Below are positions 46,033 through 59,617 of a stretch of DNA of 64,000 nt, in pieces. The translations under genes and the position numbers were made by a program. This stretch comes from Azolla caroliniana (Eukaryota > Plantae > Polypodiophyta), in contig JBHGNT010000018.1 in NCBI GenBank assembly GCA_043228905.1, positions 12,710,001-12,774,000 of the forward strand. Direction: 5' to 3'. Numbering within the stretch: the first letter of the stretch is position 1; every line of letters begins with the position of its first letter. The notes under the pieces were generated by a model. It saw nothing but the letters and a program-made list of their open reading frames with translations. It did not search any database and was not told where the DNA came from.

Positions 46033-49000
46033 ATGGACGAATCGTTGGGCAACAAGTTCAAGCTCACCGGCTCCAACTATTCAGTGTGGAAGTCGAAGAT
46101 GAGGGATATGCTCGTGGTTAAAGATCTTTGGTTGCCGGTTCAGTTTGGGAACAAGAGACCGGACAAAATCGATGCCACGATATGGGAGGTGATGCACATG
46201 AAGACAACGGCGTACATACGGTGCTTCATCGACATGAGCCTATACAACAACTTCAATGAAGAGAGCAAGGCTCATGAGCTCTGGGAGAAGATTGGCATTA
46301 TGTTTCAGAACAAAAATATTGTTAATCAGGTTTCGGTATTCCGGAAGCTAGTAAGACTCCGGTACCAAGATGGCTCCAGCATGGCGGAGCACATGAATGC
46401 CTTCCAGGGGCTGATCCACCAGGAAACTTCATTGGAAGTACCTCTCGTCGATGAGGTACTAGCGCTACTCCTGCTCGGTTCCCTCCCGGATAGCTGGGAG
46501 ACGTTGGTTGTCACTTTGGGCAACACCGGGCCGGAAGGAAAGAGGTTATCCCTAGCAAGAGTAAAGTCGAGCTTGCTAGATGAGGAGGCGCGTCGGAAAG
46601 ATAAAGATACGAGCTCCGACTCCAAAGCGCTCCTTACCGAATCGGGAGAAGTCGGGGACACGGTCAAAGTCAAGGGGGAGGCCTACTTGCTTCTATTGTG
46701 GCAAGCCGGGACACTTCCAAAAGAACTGTCTGCATTTCTGAAAAGACAAGGAAACCGACGGTACCGATTCGAAGCGGACCCCGGACCGGAAGGGAACGAC
46801 GGCAATCGCGGCAAGTGAAGAAGAGTTGATGCTCATCACCGAGGAGAGTGAGATAAACCTTGCCGGCGACGAGATGACCTGGGTGGTAGACTCCGGAGCG
46901 TCGTTCCACCTTACCCCGGACCGGAAATGCTTCTCATTCTACACAGTCGGTGATCACGGTTGTGTCCGGATGGGGAATGAAGGTACATGCCAAATTGTCG
47001 GCATAGGAGACGTGTGGCTGACAACACCAACCGGATGCAAGTTGCTGCTGAAGGATGTCCGACACATTTCGGAGGTTCGTCTGAACCTGATATCAGCCGG
47101 TCGGCTAGATGATGAAGGCTACACGGGTAGCATCTGGAACGGTATCATGAAGTTCAGCAAAGGGAGCCTGATTGTGGCTCGGGCCCGGAAGGTCAACACA
47201 TTGTACCTGATGAATGCCCGGTTATGTCCAGAAAAAGTGAACGTGGCATCCGACACTACCGGTGAGCTGTGGCACAAGAGGCTATGTCATATGAGCGAGA
47301 AGGGGATGAAGAGGCTTGCAGACGACAACCTCATTCCAGTGAAGAACGTGCACTTGGAGAAGTGCACTGATTGTCTGGCCGGTAAGCAAAACCAGACCTC
47401 CTTCCGACGAAGGCCACTGATGAGACGTAATGCACCACTGGAGTTGGTGCATACGGATGTGTGTCAAGTAGACACGAAGTCACATGCCGGAGCACAGTAC
47501 TTCGTGACGTTCATAGATGACCACAGTCGGAAACTGTGGGCCACACCGTTGAAGACGAAGGATCAGGTGCTATCCGTCTTCAAAGAGCTCCACGCGAGAG
47601 TGGAAAGAGAAACCGGCCGGAAGCTGAAAGCGGTTCGAGTAGATAACGAAGGAGAATACCGGGGGCAGTTCGAGGAGTATTGCCGCTCGAAGGGAATCCG
47701 GCTCGAATTTACTGTGCCGAAGACGCCAGAACTAAACGGACTGGCCGAGAGGATGAACCGGACCATAATGGAGAGGGTCCGGAGTATGCTAGCGCATGCA
47801 AAACTACCCAAGAAGTTTTGGGCTGAGGCATTGTCGACGGCGACATATGTGATAAATAGATCACCCTCAGTACCCTTGGACGGAGACACGCCACAGAGAG
47901 TGTGGACCGGTAAGGAAGTATCCTACCGGCATCTGAAGGTGTTCGGGTGTCTCGCGTACATGCAGGTAGCTAAGGACCGGAGAGGAAAGTTAGATCCAAA
48001 GACCCGGCCATGCATATTCCTCGGTTACGGTGACGATGAGTTCGGCTACCGAGTGTGGGACCTGGTCGACAAGAAGGTATTCTGGAGTCGAGATATTATC
48101 TTCATGGAGGACAAGACGCTCGCCGACTGGGAGTCAGAGAAGAAGATAATGAACTCTGAGTCGACCAGTAAGGATCGACTCTACGATGAGCAGACCCAAC
48201 CGGCAAGAGACCGGTTAGCACTCGAGGGACCAGCCGGTTACGGTGAGGATACCGAACATGCTGAAGAAGAAGTAGAGGAAGCTGAAACCGGAACCGGCCA
48301 AGACCCCGAATCGTATTCGGATGAAGCGCAAATGGAGGAGCAGGTTACCGAAGCCCGAAGACGGAGATATCCTCTCAGAGAGAGAAGGGCGCCCCGGAGA
48401 TTTCCGGACGAAGAGCATGTTCTGCTGATCGATGAGGGGGAGCCGGAAAGCTTCGAAGAAGCGAAGGATGACACCCACAGCCGCAAATGGTTAAGTGCCA
48501 TGCAGGATGAGATGGATTCCCTGCATGAGAACCATACGTACGAATTGGTGGAGTTGCCGAAAGGAAAGCGGGCACTCCGAAACAAGTGGGTGTACAAGTT
48601 GAAACTGGGAGATGCCGGCAACCCCCCGAGATACAAAGCCAGGATCGTGGTGAAGGGGTTCCAGCAGAAAAAGGGCGTGGACTTTGATGAGATATTTGCC
48701 CCGGTAGTAAAGATGACCTCCATTCGGACGGTGCTGAGTATAGCGGCAAGCATGGACCTCGAGGTAGAACAGCTGGACGTGAAGACGGCATTCCTTCACG
48801 GCGACCTCGAAGAGGAGATCTACATGTAGCAACCGGAGGGATTTGTGGAGAAAGGGAAGGAGCACCTGGTATGCCGGCTGAAGAAGAGCCTGTACGGACT
48901 AAAGCAGGCTCCCCGAAAATGGTACCGGAAGTTCGATTCCTTCATGACCAATCAAGGGCACCACAAGACACAGGTCGATCACTGCGTGTTTGTGAAGAAG

Positions 49001-51235
49001 TTTGAAGGAGGCGACTTCCTGATACTCCTTCTGTACGTGGAAGACATGTTGATCGTCGGACGGGACCAAGCCAAAATACGGATGCTGAAGAAGGTTCTCA
49101 ACCGGACCTTCTCAATGAAAGACTTGGGTCCGGCAAGACAGATGCTAGGGATGCATATTATTCGGAACCGGTCAATGAAGCAATTATGGTTGTCACAAGA
49201 GAAGTACGTGACAAAGGTGCTTCAACGGTTCAACATGTCAGATGCGAAACCGGTCGGATCGACACTTCCGGCAAACTGCAGCCTATCCGGTAAGCAAAGC
49301 CCGAGGACGAAAGCAAAGAAGGCGGATATGATGAAGATTCCATATGCCTCTGCCGTCAGGAGCTTGATGTACGCAATGGTGTGTACCCGACAGGATACAG
49401 GATACGCAATCGGAGTGGTGAGCTGGTGTCGCGAAAATACGACGAGGATACGTGAACGTTGAGGCAAGACCCCGAGGCCTTTGTCTAGAGGATATCAAAT
49501 TTGTGTATTTATGTACTAAGAATTAATCGAAAAGAGAAAGATTAACAAATTTCATTAATAAAAGGGAAAGAAAGATTACAATCAATCCCAAGATTGGGAT
49601 TACAAAAGTTTTATCTTATGGAGATTATTAGAATAATAGATTAGAGGAAATAAGAGATTATGATTCTTGAGTGATATGGCTTTGGCAAGGAATTTTGGAT
49701 TTTGAGAGATTGCTTCTGTATGGAAATAATGGTTTACTTGAGAGCTAGCTTCCGTAGGGAAGATTAGGGTTATTGGCTTCGATAATATAAGAGAGCTCCC
49801 AAAGAAAAGAAAAAAAATTAAGATAATATGGAGAGTGAGTCCTAGTGTAGGAAAAAAAATGGAATAAATATGGAGTTCTCCCTTGATCATAGCCTTTCCA
49901 CTTTTTGTTGCATGGCCTCTACTTTTAGTTGCCTAGCATTTTCTTTTGGTTGCATGTGACTGTCCACATGACCTTTACTTTTTCCATGCACTCCAACTTT
50001 AGTTGCTTGCGTCCACATGGCCTTTACTTTAGTTTGTTGCATGATCCAATCTTTCGTCCAGTAGCCGGTTCCGGTTCCCGTTTGCTTGCCGGTTCCGGTT
50101 CCGATTTTGTTTGCCCGCCGGTTCCGGTTCCGGTTTTGCTTGTCAGCCGGTTCTAGTTTTGCTTACCGGCCGGTTTCCAGTTTGCATATCGGTTCCGGTT
50201 CCAGTTCCGGTTTGCTTGCCGGCCAGTTCCAGTTTTGCATACCGGCCGGTTTCTAGATTTGCTTACCGACCGGTTTCCGGATTTGCTTACCGGACCCATT
50301 TTCCGGATTTGCTTACTGGCCGGTTTCCGGTTTTAGGGAATTTGGCCACCATCATCGATCAAGACAAAGTGCCCAAAGTGCTCTTAGCACAAATGAAAAA
50401 TCAAGGAGCTCAAGGTGTTTATATAGCCAGGGCCTTAACTTTCCTATCTATGTGGGATAGTTCTAATTTCCCTATCTTCTCAAACTTTATTTTCACATAA
50501 CTTGATATGTATTTCTCCATTTTGTATATAATAAAATACATTTTGAAGCTCTTGAGTATATCCATCTTTCTATAGTAAGCTACTAATCTAATCTATAATA
50601 ATTATTTCATTATTTTTTTACATAGTGTGTGAAGATTCACACGACACCGGTTTATGAGCAATCCCGGCAAGGAGCACTGGAACGCGGTCAAATGGATACT
50701 CCGGTATTTGAAGGGCACTTCAAATATGTGTCTCCGATTCAACTCCAGAAAACCTCAACTTGACGGTTTCACCGATTTGGACATGTCGGCTGATGTGGAT
50801 ACCATCCGGTCTACATCTGGGTATGTAATGACATATGCAGGGGGAGCTGTTTCGTGGCAGTCGAGGCTGCAGAAGACTGTTGCATTGTCAACCACGGAGG
50901 CGGAGTACATGGCGGATGTGGAAGCCGGCAAGGAAATATTATGGATGAAGGACTTCATCGGAGAGCTCGGTATCCGGCAAGATGAATACCGACTCTATTG
51001 CGACAGTGAAAGTGCCATCCATCTTGCTAAGAATGCGGCCTACCATTCCCAGACGAAGCATATCCAGCGAAGATATCACTGGATCCGGGAAAGAGTAGAT
51101 GACCAGGACTTCGCACTGACAAAGATCCACACGGCCGAGAACGGATCAGATATGCTGACCAAAGTGTTGATACCCGACAAGTTGGATGCATGCCGGAAGA
51201 GGATCGGACTAGTAAGACACCCCATGCCGGAGTGA
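46033..51235 (+). pseudogene. copia B gag-pol with a frameshift, a stop and an insertion
   Basis: ORFs 45961..46818, 46826..48829, 48845..49462 and 50654..51235. Confidence 0.92.
49427..50646. mobile_element. Solo-LTR-like insert TGTCGCG...CACGACA with 4-bp TSD CTGG/CCGG; contains a CCGGTT-rich repeat at 50060-50335
   Basis: Removal restores RT ...GVVSRFMSNPGK. Confidence 0.85.
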
Positions 51236-51651
51236 AGGGGGAGTTTGTTGGGAGACAGGTCCCTCCGGATGGGAAGGGAGAAGAACAATGTTGATGAACA
51301 AACTCGGCCGAGGCCGAAACCAGATGACGAGTACCCGGTTACGGAGAGCCAGATGGTGCAGACCCGGTGTGAACCGGATGAGGAGTACCCGGCTACGGAG
51401 AGCCGGATGGTGCAAACCCGGTGAGAACCAGATGAGGAGTACCCGGCTACGGAGAGTCGGATGGTGCAGACCCGGTGAGGAGTGCTCACCGGATGAAGAG
51501 ACATATTCGTAAATATGTTTCTGAGAGTCCATCATGGCTATATTTGTAAATAGCCGAAAAGTCATATTAGTATAAATATGACTTGGGGCAAACTTTTAGA
51601 GTTGTTGTTATTCTTGTTGGTGCGAGAAGAGAGAGAGCGCGTAACCATGTA

Positions 51652-51689
<38 letters not shown>

Positions 51690-51965
51690 GGTCGTTGCCT
51701 CTATTGAAACCGCCGCCTGTGGCGAAGATCGTGAGCACGAGGTCGTTGCCTCCGTGAACTCATTGTTCTACATTCTGACATAGTGATAGTTTGCAGCCTG
51801 TGGGTTGCCGTGGTTTTTTCCCTAGTTTGGGGTTTTCCACGTAAACATCCTGTGTACTCTTCTCTTCTTTGTGTCGTGCATTTATTTCCCATTTTCTGTG
51901 TATGATTCTAAGCTCGGTTGTGGCCGAGCGTTGGGTATACAGAGCGTGCAGTTCCTGTCATTAAT

Positions 51966-54900
51966 TAACCTAATAGGTACTATAGAAGATCTCAGTTACC
52001 GATAGTCATCACACTGCTTTTGTTGAGCTTGTTTCTCAACACCTATGGCCCAACACTAATGGTTTTACATATAGAAAAAATAATGGAAATAGTGTAATTG
52101 ACTATGTGCTACTTTCCGAAGGTATTTTGGATCGTATACATAAGTTCTCACATGGTGAATGGACACCGGAATCTGATAATACGGCTTTATGTATTGACCT
52201 CAAATGTATGTATAGGTTTGATTGTGAGAAGGACATTGAAGATAATAAACAATATAATAAACAATCCACTTGAGGATGAACCTTAAGTGAATGCCCATAT
52301 ATTCCAAGATGGTTGAGGATATGTTACAAATGACAAAGATACAACATTGTGCCACAATAGAATGCAAATGGGGAGCTTTTAAGAAAGTCATTCTCTCATG
52401 TGCAAACAAATGTTTCTCAACCAAGCACACATCTTGGAAATGTATCAAGAAATGTAGTTCAAAGAAAAAATAATTTGATAAAGAATGTCATGAAGCTCGA
52501 AAGCGCCTTATGATTTTGGATGTAGTTAAGGATAAGGAAAATTACCAAAAGCATTTGCATGAGTACAAAAGGCTTATTCAAAGAAAGAGAAGAATATGGG
52601 AAGTTACCCAACAATTTCTCCAAACACAAGAGAAAGCGCTTGCATGTGCTAAATTTTGGGAAAATCTAAAGGGAAAACGTATTAAGAGTTATGGTGACTT
52701 ACCTATGCATTGTAAGAATCTATATGAGCTATCTCTTGTTGGAAAGATGATGTGTTGTGGTTCTCTTTCACATATGTCTCCCTTCTTTACGATCGAAGAT
52801 ATATGCATAGGACTTAAAAAATTGGCCACTTGAAAGGCAAGCTATCTAAATCAATGTATAAAGGTTGAAATGCTCAAATGGAGGGGAAAGGAAGCACATG
52901 CATGGATAAGTGATATGTTTAATCATGCATTACAACATGGTGTGTTGTATGCTTGGACTACAAATTGGATCAAACCTTTACATAAAGGTGGAGAGGTAAT
53001 AACGTAAACAATTATCGAACCATCATGGTTGGCTCGCTAATGGCAAAACTATTTTGATATATAATGGAATCAAAGATAAGTGCTTGGGCTGAAAAAAATG
53101 GTAAGAGAGCTTATGGACAAGCTGGTTTTCGAAAACACCATAGCACGATTGATCACATTGTCACCCTTCGAGTATTAATGGAGGAAAGTTGTCTTGAAGG
53201 TAAAGGTTTATATTGTTGCTTCGTAGACTTTAAGAAAGCTTTTGAAATGGTGCCTCATGAGCATCTTTGGAGGTGAATGGAAGAACTCAAGGTGCCAGGT
53301 GAATATATGCTTGCAATCTCCCGAATATATGAAAAGGCTATATGTTATGTGCATATGAGCAATAAAATTTCATATTTTTTCAATAGCACTATTGGTGTTA
53401 AGCAAGGATGCCCAATCTCACCAACTCTATTTGGTCTATGCATTGATGAATTGGAAGAAATGGTTGTCAAATTTGTAAAGGAAGAAGTTGTTGAAGAAGT
53501 TGCAATTGGGAATGTTGTCACTATGCTTTTGCTATATGTGGATGATATAGTGCCTTTTGCAAATACTTTAGGAGATGCGCAAAAGCTTATGAAGACATTG
53601 GAAAAAACTTGCATGCATACTAAATTAAGTGTCAATAGCTCTAAGAAAAAGATTATGTTTGTGAGGAGCCAAATAAAAGATAAGTCATGCATTATGTACA
53701 ATAATGAGCCACTTGAATGTGTGGAAAGCTTCAAATATCTTGGCCTTGAAGTTCCTTCAAATCATAGATGGAATGAATGTGTTATATGCTACTTAGAGGC
53801 AAGAAAGCGAGCATATTATGCATTTGATAACACATGCACTCGTGAAGATATTAAGTGTTGGGTCCTCAAGAAATACCTTTTCGACACTTTGGTGACATCG
53901 GTGCTTCTTTATGGGGTGGTAGCATCCCTAAATCTACTTGGAAAGAGTTTGAAAATGTCCAAAAACATTTTCTTACAAAGTTTCTACAAGTTAAGAAACA
54001 AACGTCATACAACCTGCTCCTCCTTGAGACAAGATCACTTCCCATTTAGATCATGGCCATGGAAAGGGTTGTTGAGTATATGCTTAAGGTTCAAAAAAGT
54101 CCCTCACATCGACTTCCTAGAATTGCATTGGAAGCAAGAAAAAAGATCCAAAAGATGCATAAAAGCAAAATTTTGTGTTTCGGTTGGATACAAGATATGA
54201 AAAAGTGGTTTGGTAGATGGGATGCAACACATTTTCTTCATAATGCATCACTAGATTCCTCTGTAAATGAGGCCTTTTTGCAATGTCAATGTATCATGAC
54301 ATGTAAAAAATGTGGAGGCTCACGCTTTACACGTCACCATACGAGATGTACGAAGATTTGAGTGTGATGAGTGAAGGTGAAAGATTATAGTGTTGTGTCA
54401 ATGTGTAATGTATATGATTACGAGTGTGAGTATATGCGTGAGTGTGGACAAATAGGAAAGGATGTGAGTGAGTCATAGTTGTGGATGGCTAAAGGGGCAT
54501 GTACCCCTGTGTATCTAATCTCATTGCATTATATAACCCCTTATTGGGAATGAATGAAGTTCAAGGAAGAAGTTCTCTCTCTTTGACGTGTCTTTCTCTT
54601 TCTCTCTCCTTCCCTTACGTTGAACCCCCTTGTGAGGGGGGTGGAGCCATTCTAGGCACCACCCCCCACCTCGCAATGCTTATCAACATCTTCGCCTTCG
54701 CTATCACCATCAACCCTGCAACGTTCATTGTCATCATCACCACACCCCTCATTACCATCACTACCATAATCATCAACCCTAACCCTAAACCCACAACAAT
54801 ACTACACAGGTTGCACCTAACTACAAAACCATATTCTTCACGGAAGGGGGAAACGGTACACATTGATACATGTTAGAGCCCATTCTGTTAGCTTCCATTC

Positions 54901-55150
54901 GAACCATTGCTTCCATGCGACTTAGCTCACATGCATTGCAATGGGAGACGAGGCGTTGGGGCACAAGTGATGAGAGTGGTCCACTATGAACACTGCTCTA
55001 AACAAGTTTGAGAGTCTAAGTATCACACTTTGATACAATGCTCTGCCTTTGATCATATTCGACCATGCTTTCCACACATCTTCGACCAAGCCCAATCCTT
55101 GCACAAATTTCTTTCACAACCACAATGTGCACTCTCGAGTGCAACATTCA
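51966..55150 (+). mobile_element. Non-LTR retrotransposon (LINE, RTE-like), degenerate
   Basis: RT motifs QAGFRK..STIDH, FVDFKKAF, GVKQGCPISPTLF, LLYVDD, FKYLG. C-terminal RLSSHAL..ETRRW and C/H zinc-finger remnant at about 54915-55080. Boundaries approximate. Confidence 0.85.
54333..54798. mobile_element. Short LTR-like insert interrupting the LINE
   Basis: LINE coding sense resumes after ..CACAACA. TATA-like and CT-rich internal tracts; termini and TSD degenerate. Confidence 0.45.
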
Positions 55151-58100
55151 TTGGTAAAGTTCTTGAACATCGGGAGTCACTACTCACTTTCACACATATC
55201 ACGTGAAATGTAATATTTTTGGTCTCATTGGTCATATTTGACCTCCGAAGATGATAATATAATCTATCTGACTGTCTCTCTCTCACAATTTCTCACTCGG
55301 TTGTCAGAATCACAATCCAAAAAATCTGACATGAACCTCACAACAAACCCTTCACATCACGATGTGAGTTTCTTGATGCCTTAATTCGAGGGTTTTCACA
55401 CCAAGCTTGGAATTTTGCATTGAAATTTTTGATGCGATCCTTGTTTGATTGAGAATAAGACGAGATAGTGGAGTTATGAAATTAAATTATATGAATGCTA
55501 AAAACTATCAAACAATTAACGATGGTCTAAATACATACGAGATAATTTTCAAATCTTTTACACGGAGTGGATTGGGAGATGAGAATATAAGAACATAGAG
55601 ATTTAAAAGTTGTGAGTAGAACTTTGGAAGGATATCCTCAAGCTTTTGTTTAGAAGATAAGTGAGAGCGATTCATTGCTTCTCTTCGTTGGTGATCTCTA
55701 ATGCCCTCTTGGTTTGCTACTCCAAGCTTGTTCAAGATTTCGGCAGTTCTTCCACCGTGATCCAAAATTTGACCCCTAATAAAGAGCTCCTCTCCTTTTT
55801 ATAGGTTTTAAAAGGACCCTTATCAAAATAGTATGTTTCTTTTTGTGGCACTTGACCTCCATACTTGATTGACACCCAACTTTTACCTCCCTTTTCATTT
55901 TTCCTACATACCTTAACCATGTACCATATTGTTTATTATAGATTACAAGTTTCTCCCTTCATCATCCATTACAACTTGTGAACCCTTTACCTTCCATTGA
56001 TAGTGTACCCCCCTTTGACGATTGAGATAAATATTTCCAGTGTCTTTCACTTCACTCTATCTCATGACTTTATTTTCATACATTTGTCTATCCTTCAATT
56101 TTTTTTATATATTTAGTTTAACTTATTTCCTTGTGTGCACTCCTCACATTATGACACTACTACACAACAATATGTGTGTGCATGTGAAACATGGATGGGA
56201 CCATTGGGGACTTGAATCAAGGAGGAATGGGGGTGGACTTGAGTTGTCTTCGGTTTTTGAAATTTCTTTCCACTCCTTTCGACTTTATTACCAAAATTTC
56301 ATATGAGATTGGGGCGTTGGCCTCTTTTTGTGACTTCCAAATAACTTGTAGCTTTGTTTTTGTGTATGTGTTTTCCCTTTATCTCATTAAAACTAGGATC
56401 ATTTACTTTAGTTGACAGGTAAGGGCCCAAAAAACAAATTAAATCACATGTTCTTGAGAGAGACAAATAGATAAAGCACTTATAAGTTCGTTAGAGCGAG
56501 ATAGAGATACACACCAAACAATGAGGGTTGGGAGAAGATTAGAGTTCAACACTAGAGAGAGCTAAATGGGTGAAGATGGAGGAAAATAGCTTCAACTTTC
56601 TTTCTTTCTTTATAACAAAACTTTTTTCTTACAAAACCTAGGGCAAAAAGCCAAATGGGGGAGTGTGGAGCAGCTAGATTTCGAGAATTAAAATTGTTTT
56701 GGATAAAACTACACTAAAAAAACGAATGCCTAAAAAAAAAGGGGATGGATGGACTTTGAATTTTGTTGAATTGAGAATTGCCTGAGAAGTATGGACATAT
56801 CAAAAATATAATTAAAAAATAATTGTTTTTTTGGAAAAAAATAAAAATAAAATGTTTTTGACATACATAATAAATCAAGATAATCATGGAGTTTTGACTT
56901 TCCACTACCCTCTCAAATGCAAAGTTCCTTTTTCAATAATTAATAATGGAAATAATGGCCTCATGTTCGCTCATGGGCAGGAAGTATTGTTTTGCTCTTT
57001 TTCTATAAATAACAGAAAACAAAAAAATGGGGTTGCTTGCAACTTTTGTTTCGTGAATTAAAAACTTGCGTATAAACATGGAATTTTAGCATGTATGTTC
57101 ATGGGTATCCATTTGAGGTGTTAAAAATTCCATGCCCGATGCAATTATAGGAGAAGGCATGATTGGACATGGTTTATAAGGGTAAAGGTGGCCATGGGAA
57201 GGTGATGAATGTGTAAAAAGGATTTTACCTTGACAATGGTATGATTAAGGGAATGCATGGATGCACATGGAATTGACGGGTATGGATGGTTCGAGGTTTG
57301 TCTTATTTCACTTTATGCTTCGGCAAGTATTGAGTTCTACACTTCAATTCCTATTAGAACATTTTGATTATTCTCTTAGGTGTTCACCTTCTATTTTCAA
57401 ATGTTATGGAGATGTAATTTTTTGCGTGCTAAACATTTCACATTCTAGAGAGTTAATATATTAAACCACACCATCGTGCTTATGTATAGTTCGTGAATCT
57501 ATAAGCATTCATTTGTGAAATTAAATTGATGGGCATGTGTAAAACCTCTCATGTGACAACATTGGAAGGCAATGGCTTCACATTGTGCTTTAGAGGAAAA
57601 GTTATTCTATACATTATATTACCAATGCATTTTAGCAATTTGTAACTCGAGCTATATACTAGATATATGCATGTCCATAAAATGATTTGTATGCTTACGC
57701 TAAGCATTGGAATCCATACATTTTAGGTATTAAATGGCATGATATAATAAGTTCTACAAGAGAATGATTTTGTTAGAATATGCCCACTTGATGTAGCAAT
57801 AAAGTTGTCGCCTCATGTGAATGTTGGGTGGAAACATGAGATACACATGGATAGTACACATTCACAACTGTCAAACCATGTATATGTTTATGCATGGATA
57901 AGTTCAAGTGAGACAAGAGAGTGGGGGGGGGGGGGGGCATCCCCTCACACCTTTACCGATGACCAATACCCTTTTTCGTCATGTAGGGTAGAGAGGTAGA
58001 GTGCAATCTCAAACACAATGCTAACAAATATACAAGGTTCTCGAAGCTCTAACGACGAGTATCGAAACTGAGATGGTTGTCTATCTATCTAGTCCACGAG

Positions 58101-58394
58101 GTCTCTATTGGGGCGATTCTATCAATCTCGAGCGAGCGAGCGAGTGACACGAGAAGGAGAGGTGGAGGATGGATGAGGATAGGCAGGCGAATGTCCGGCA
58201 CGCGGCCCATGAGTTTTCAATGACAGAGTCTCTAGAGCTAAGCAAGCTACGAGTAGAGTAAAGTAGTGGGGTGGGGTGGGGTGGGGTGGGGGTACATATG
58301 TATGTGTGTGTGGTGGAGCAAAGAAAAGAAAAGAAAACCATGTCTCGCGCATACATATGTATAATGTATTATTAGTATATTATAGTTTGAAGAA

Positions 58395-58625
58395 AAAAAA
58401 GAAAAAGAAGAAGAAGAAGAAGGAGAAGGAGAAGGAGAAGGAGAAGGAGGTATCAACAGAAAACGAGAAACTCTCCCACCCTTTTCTATCTCTTTTCCTT
58501 TTGGTCTCTTGCAGGGAACCCGCTCGAATGTCTCCGTAGCCACAACTTCGACGAAGAAGGAGAAGGAGAAGGAGAAGAGGCAGAGGCAGAGGCAGAGGCA
58601 GAGGCAGAAGCAGAATCAGAAAGCA
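58395..58625 (+). repeat. Purine-rich microsatellites (GAA)n, (GGAGAA)n, (GGCAGA)n in the promoter/5' UTR of the Sec14 gene
   Basis: Read directly; likely 5' UTR donor site CAG/GTAAAA at 58660/58661. Confidence 0.75.
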
Positions 58626-59617
58626 GAAAGCAGCAGCTCCCTTTCGTTCTTTGACTTCAGGTAAAACATTCCCTAGATCCTTTATCATACACATCGGATT
58701 CAGCTCGTCATTCTTTCAATGGAGATCTAGAGAACAGACAAAATGAGTCCATTCCTTTTCTTTCATTACAGATCTAGCAACAGACTTAGAAAAAAAGTAC
58801 GTTCTTTCAAAGCTAGCGAACAACAAAAAATCAGACCTAACATCATTCTTTTACTGTTGAGGAGACCACGAAAAGAAAAAATTGCAGCATTCTATCGAAG
58901 TTCTTGATATAGTTTCATCACACCAAGTTTAGATTCGTTGAACAATAAGCAGTGCTTTGGGACCATTATTTTAAAATTTATGTTTTTTGTGTTATTGTAT
59001 CAAACCAAGTTTAGGTTTTAGAAGGGATGTAAGAAGTCGTGTTTATGGACGATTCTTTAAAAATTTCAATATTTTTATATTATTAATTGCTGCATCCCAA
59101 TCAAGTTCAAATGGTCGAAATGTCTATTCTGTATTTTGGAGATCCATGCCGTGACTGGCTAGCAATATTTCAAGTTCTCGTCATTTCTATTTTTCTGCAA
59201 CTTAAACGAAAGAAAAAAATTCAAATGATGCAGAATAACTAACAATAACTGGCGGATGTTAATAATGAGTATTACAAATCTGCCATAAACTAACTTGATC
59301 ATCTTTAGGCCTCATAATTGCATATCCTCAAAATTTACTTTTGGACTTATATGCCTTTTTTTATGGATCTGAAATCTTTTTTAGAATTTGACATCTTGAA
59401 TCTTTCTCATTTCTATTCCATATCACCTCATGGGATTGTTTTAATGTGGTAGAGTTTTATAAGAAAACGAGTAACCCTAAAAATTCTGATACCCTCCATA
59501 CTTTGTATGTTCATGAGCAAATGCATAGAAATGAAATTTAACCAAAGATATGAATGCGATATTTCGGAGTTTTCACATTAAGGTAAACATTGTCTTTTCT
59601 CAATGTAGGAAGTGAAA

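Larger units (their letters stand above)
45641..51960 (+). mobile_element. Full-length Ty1/copia family B copy 2, degenerate
   Basis: TSD TTAAT. 5' LTR 45641-46003 (internally deleted); PBS 46006-46017; PPT 51234-51243; 3' LTR 51246-51960. Confidence 0.95.

Noticed and set aside
55150-58300. Short ORFs in the AT-rich intergenic region upstream of the Sec14 gene
   Set aside because: No recognisable domains, splice structure or TE termini that I could support.
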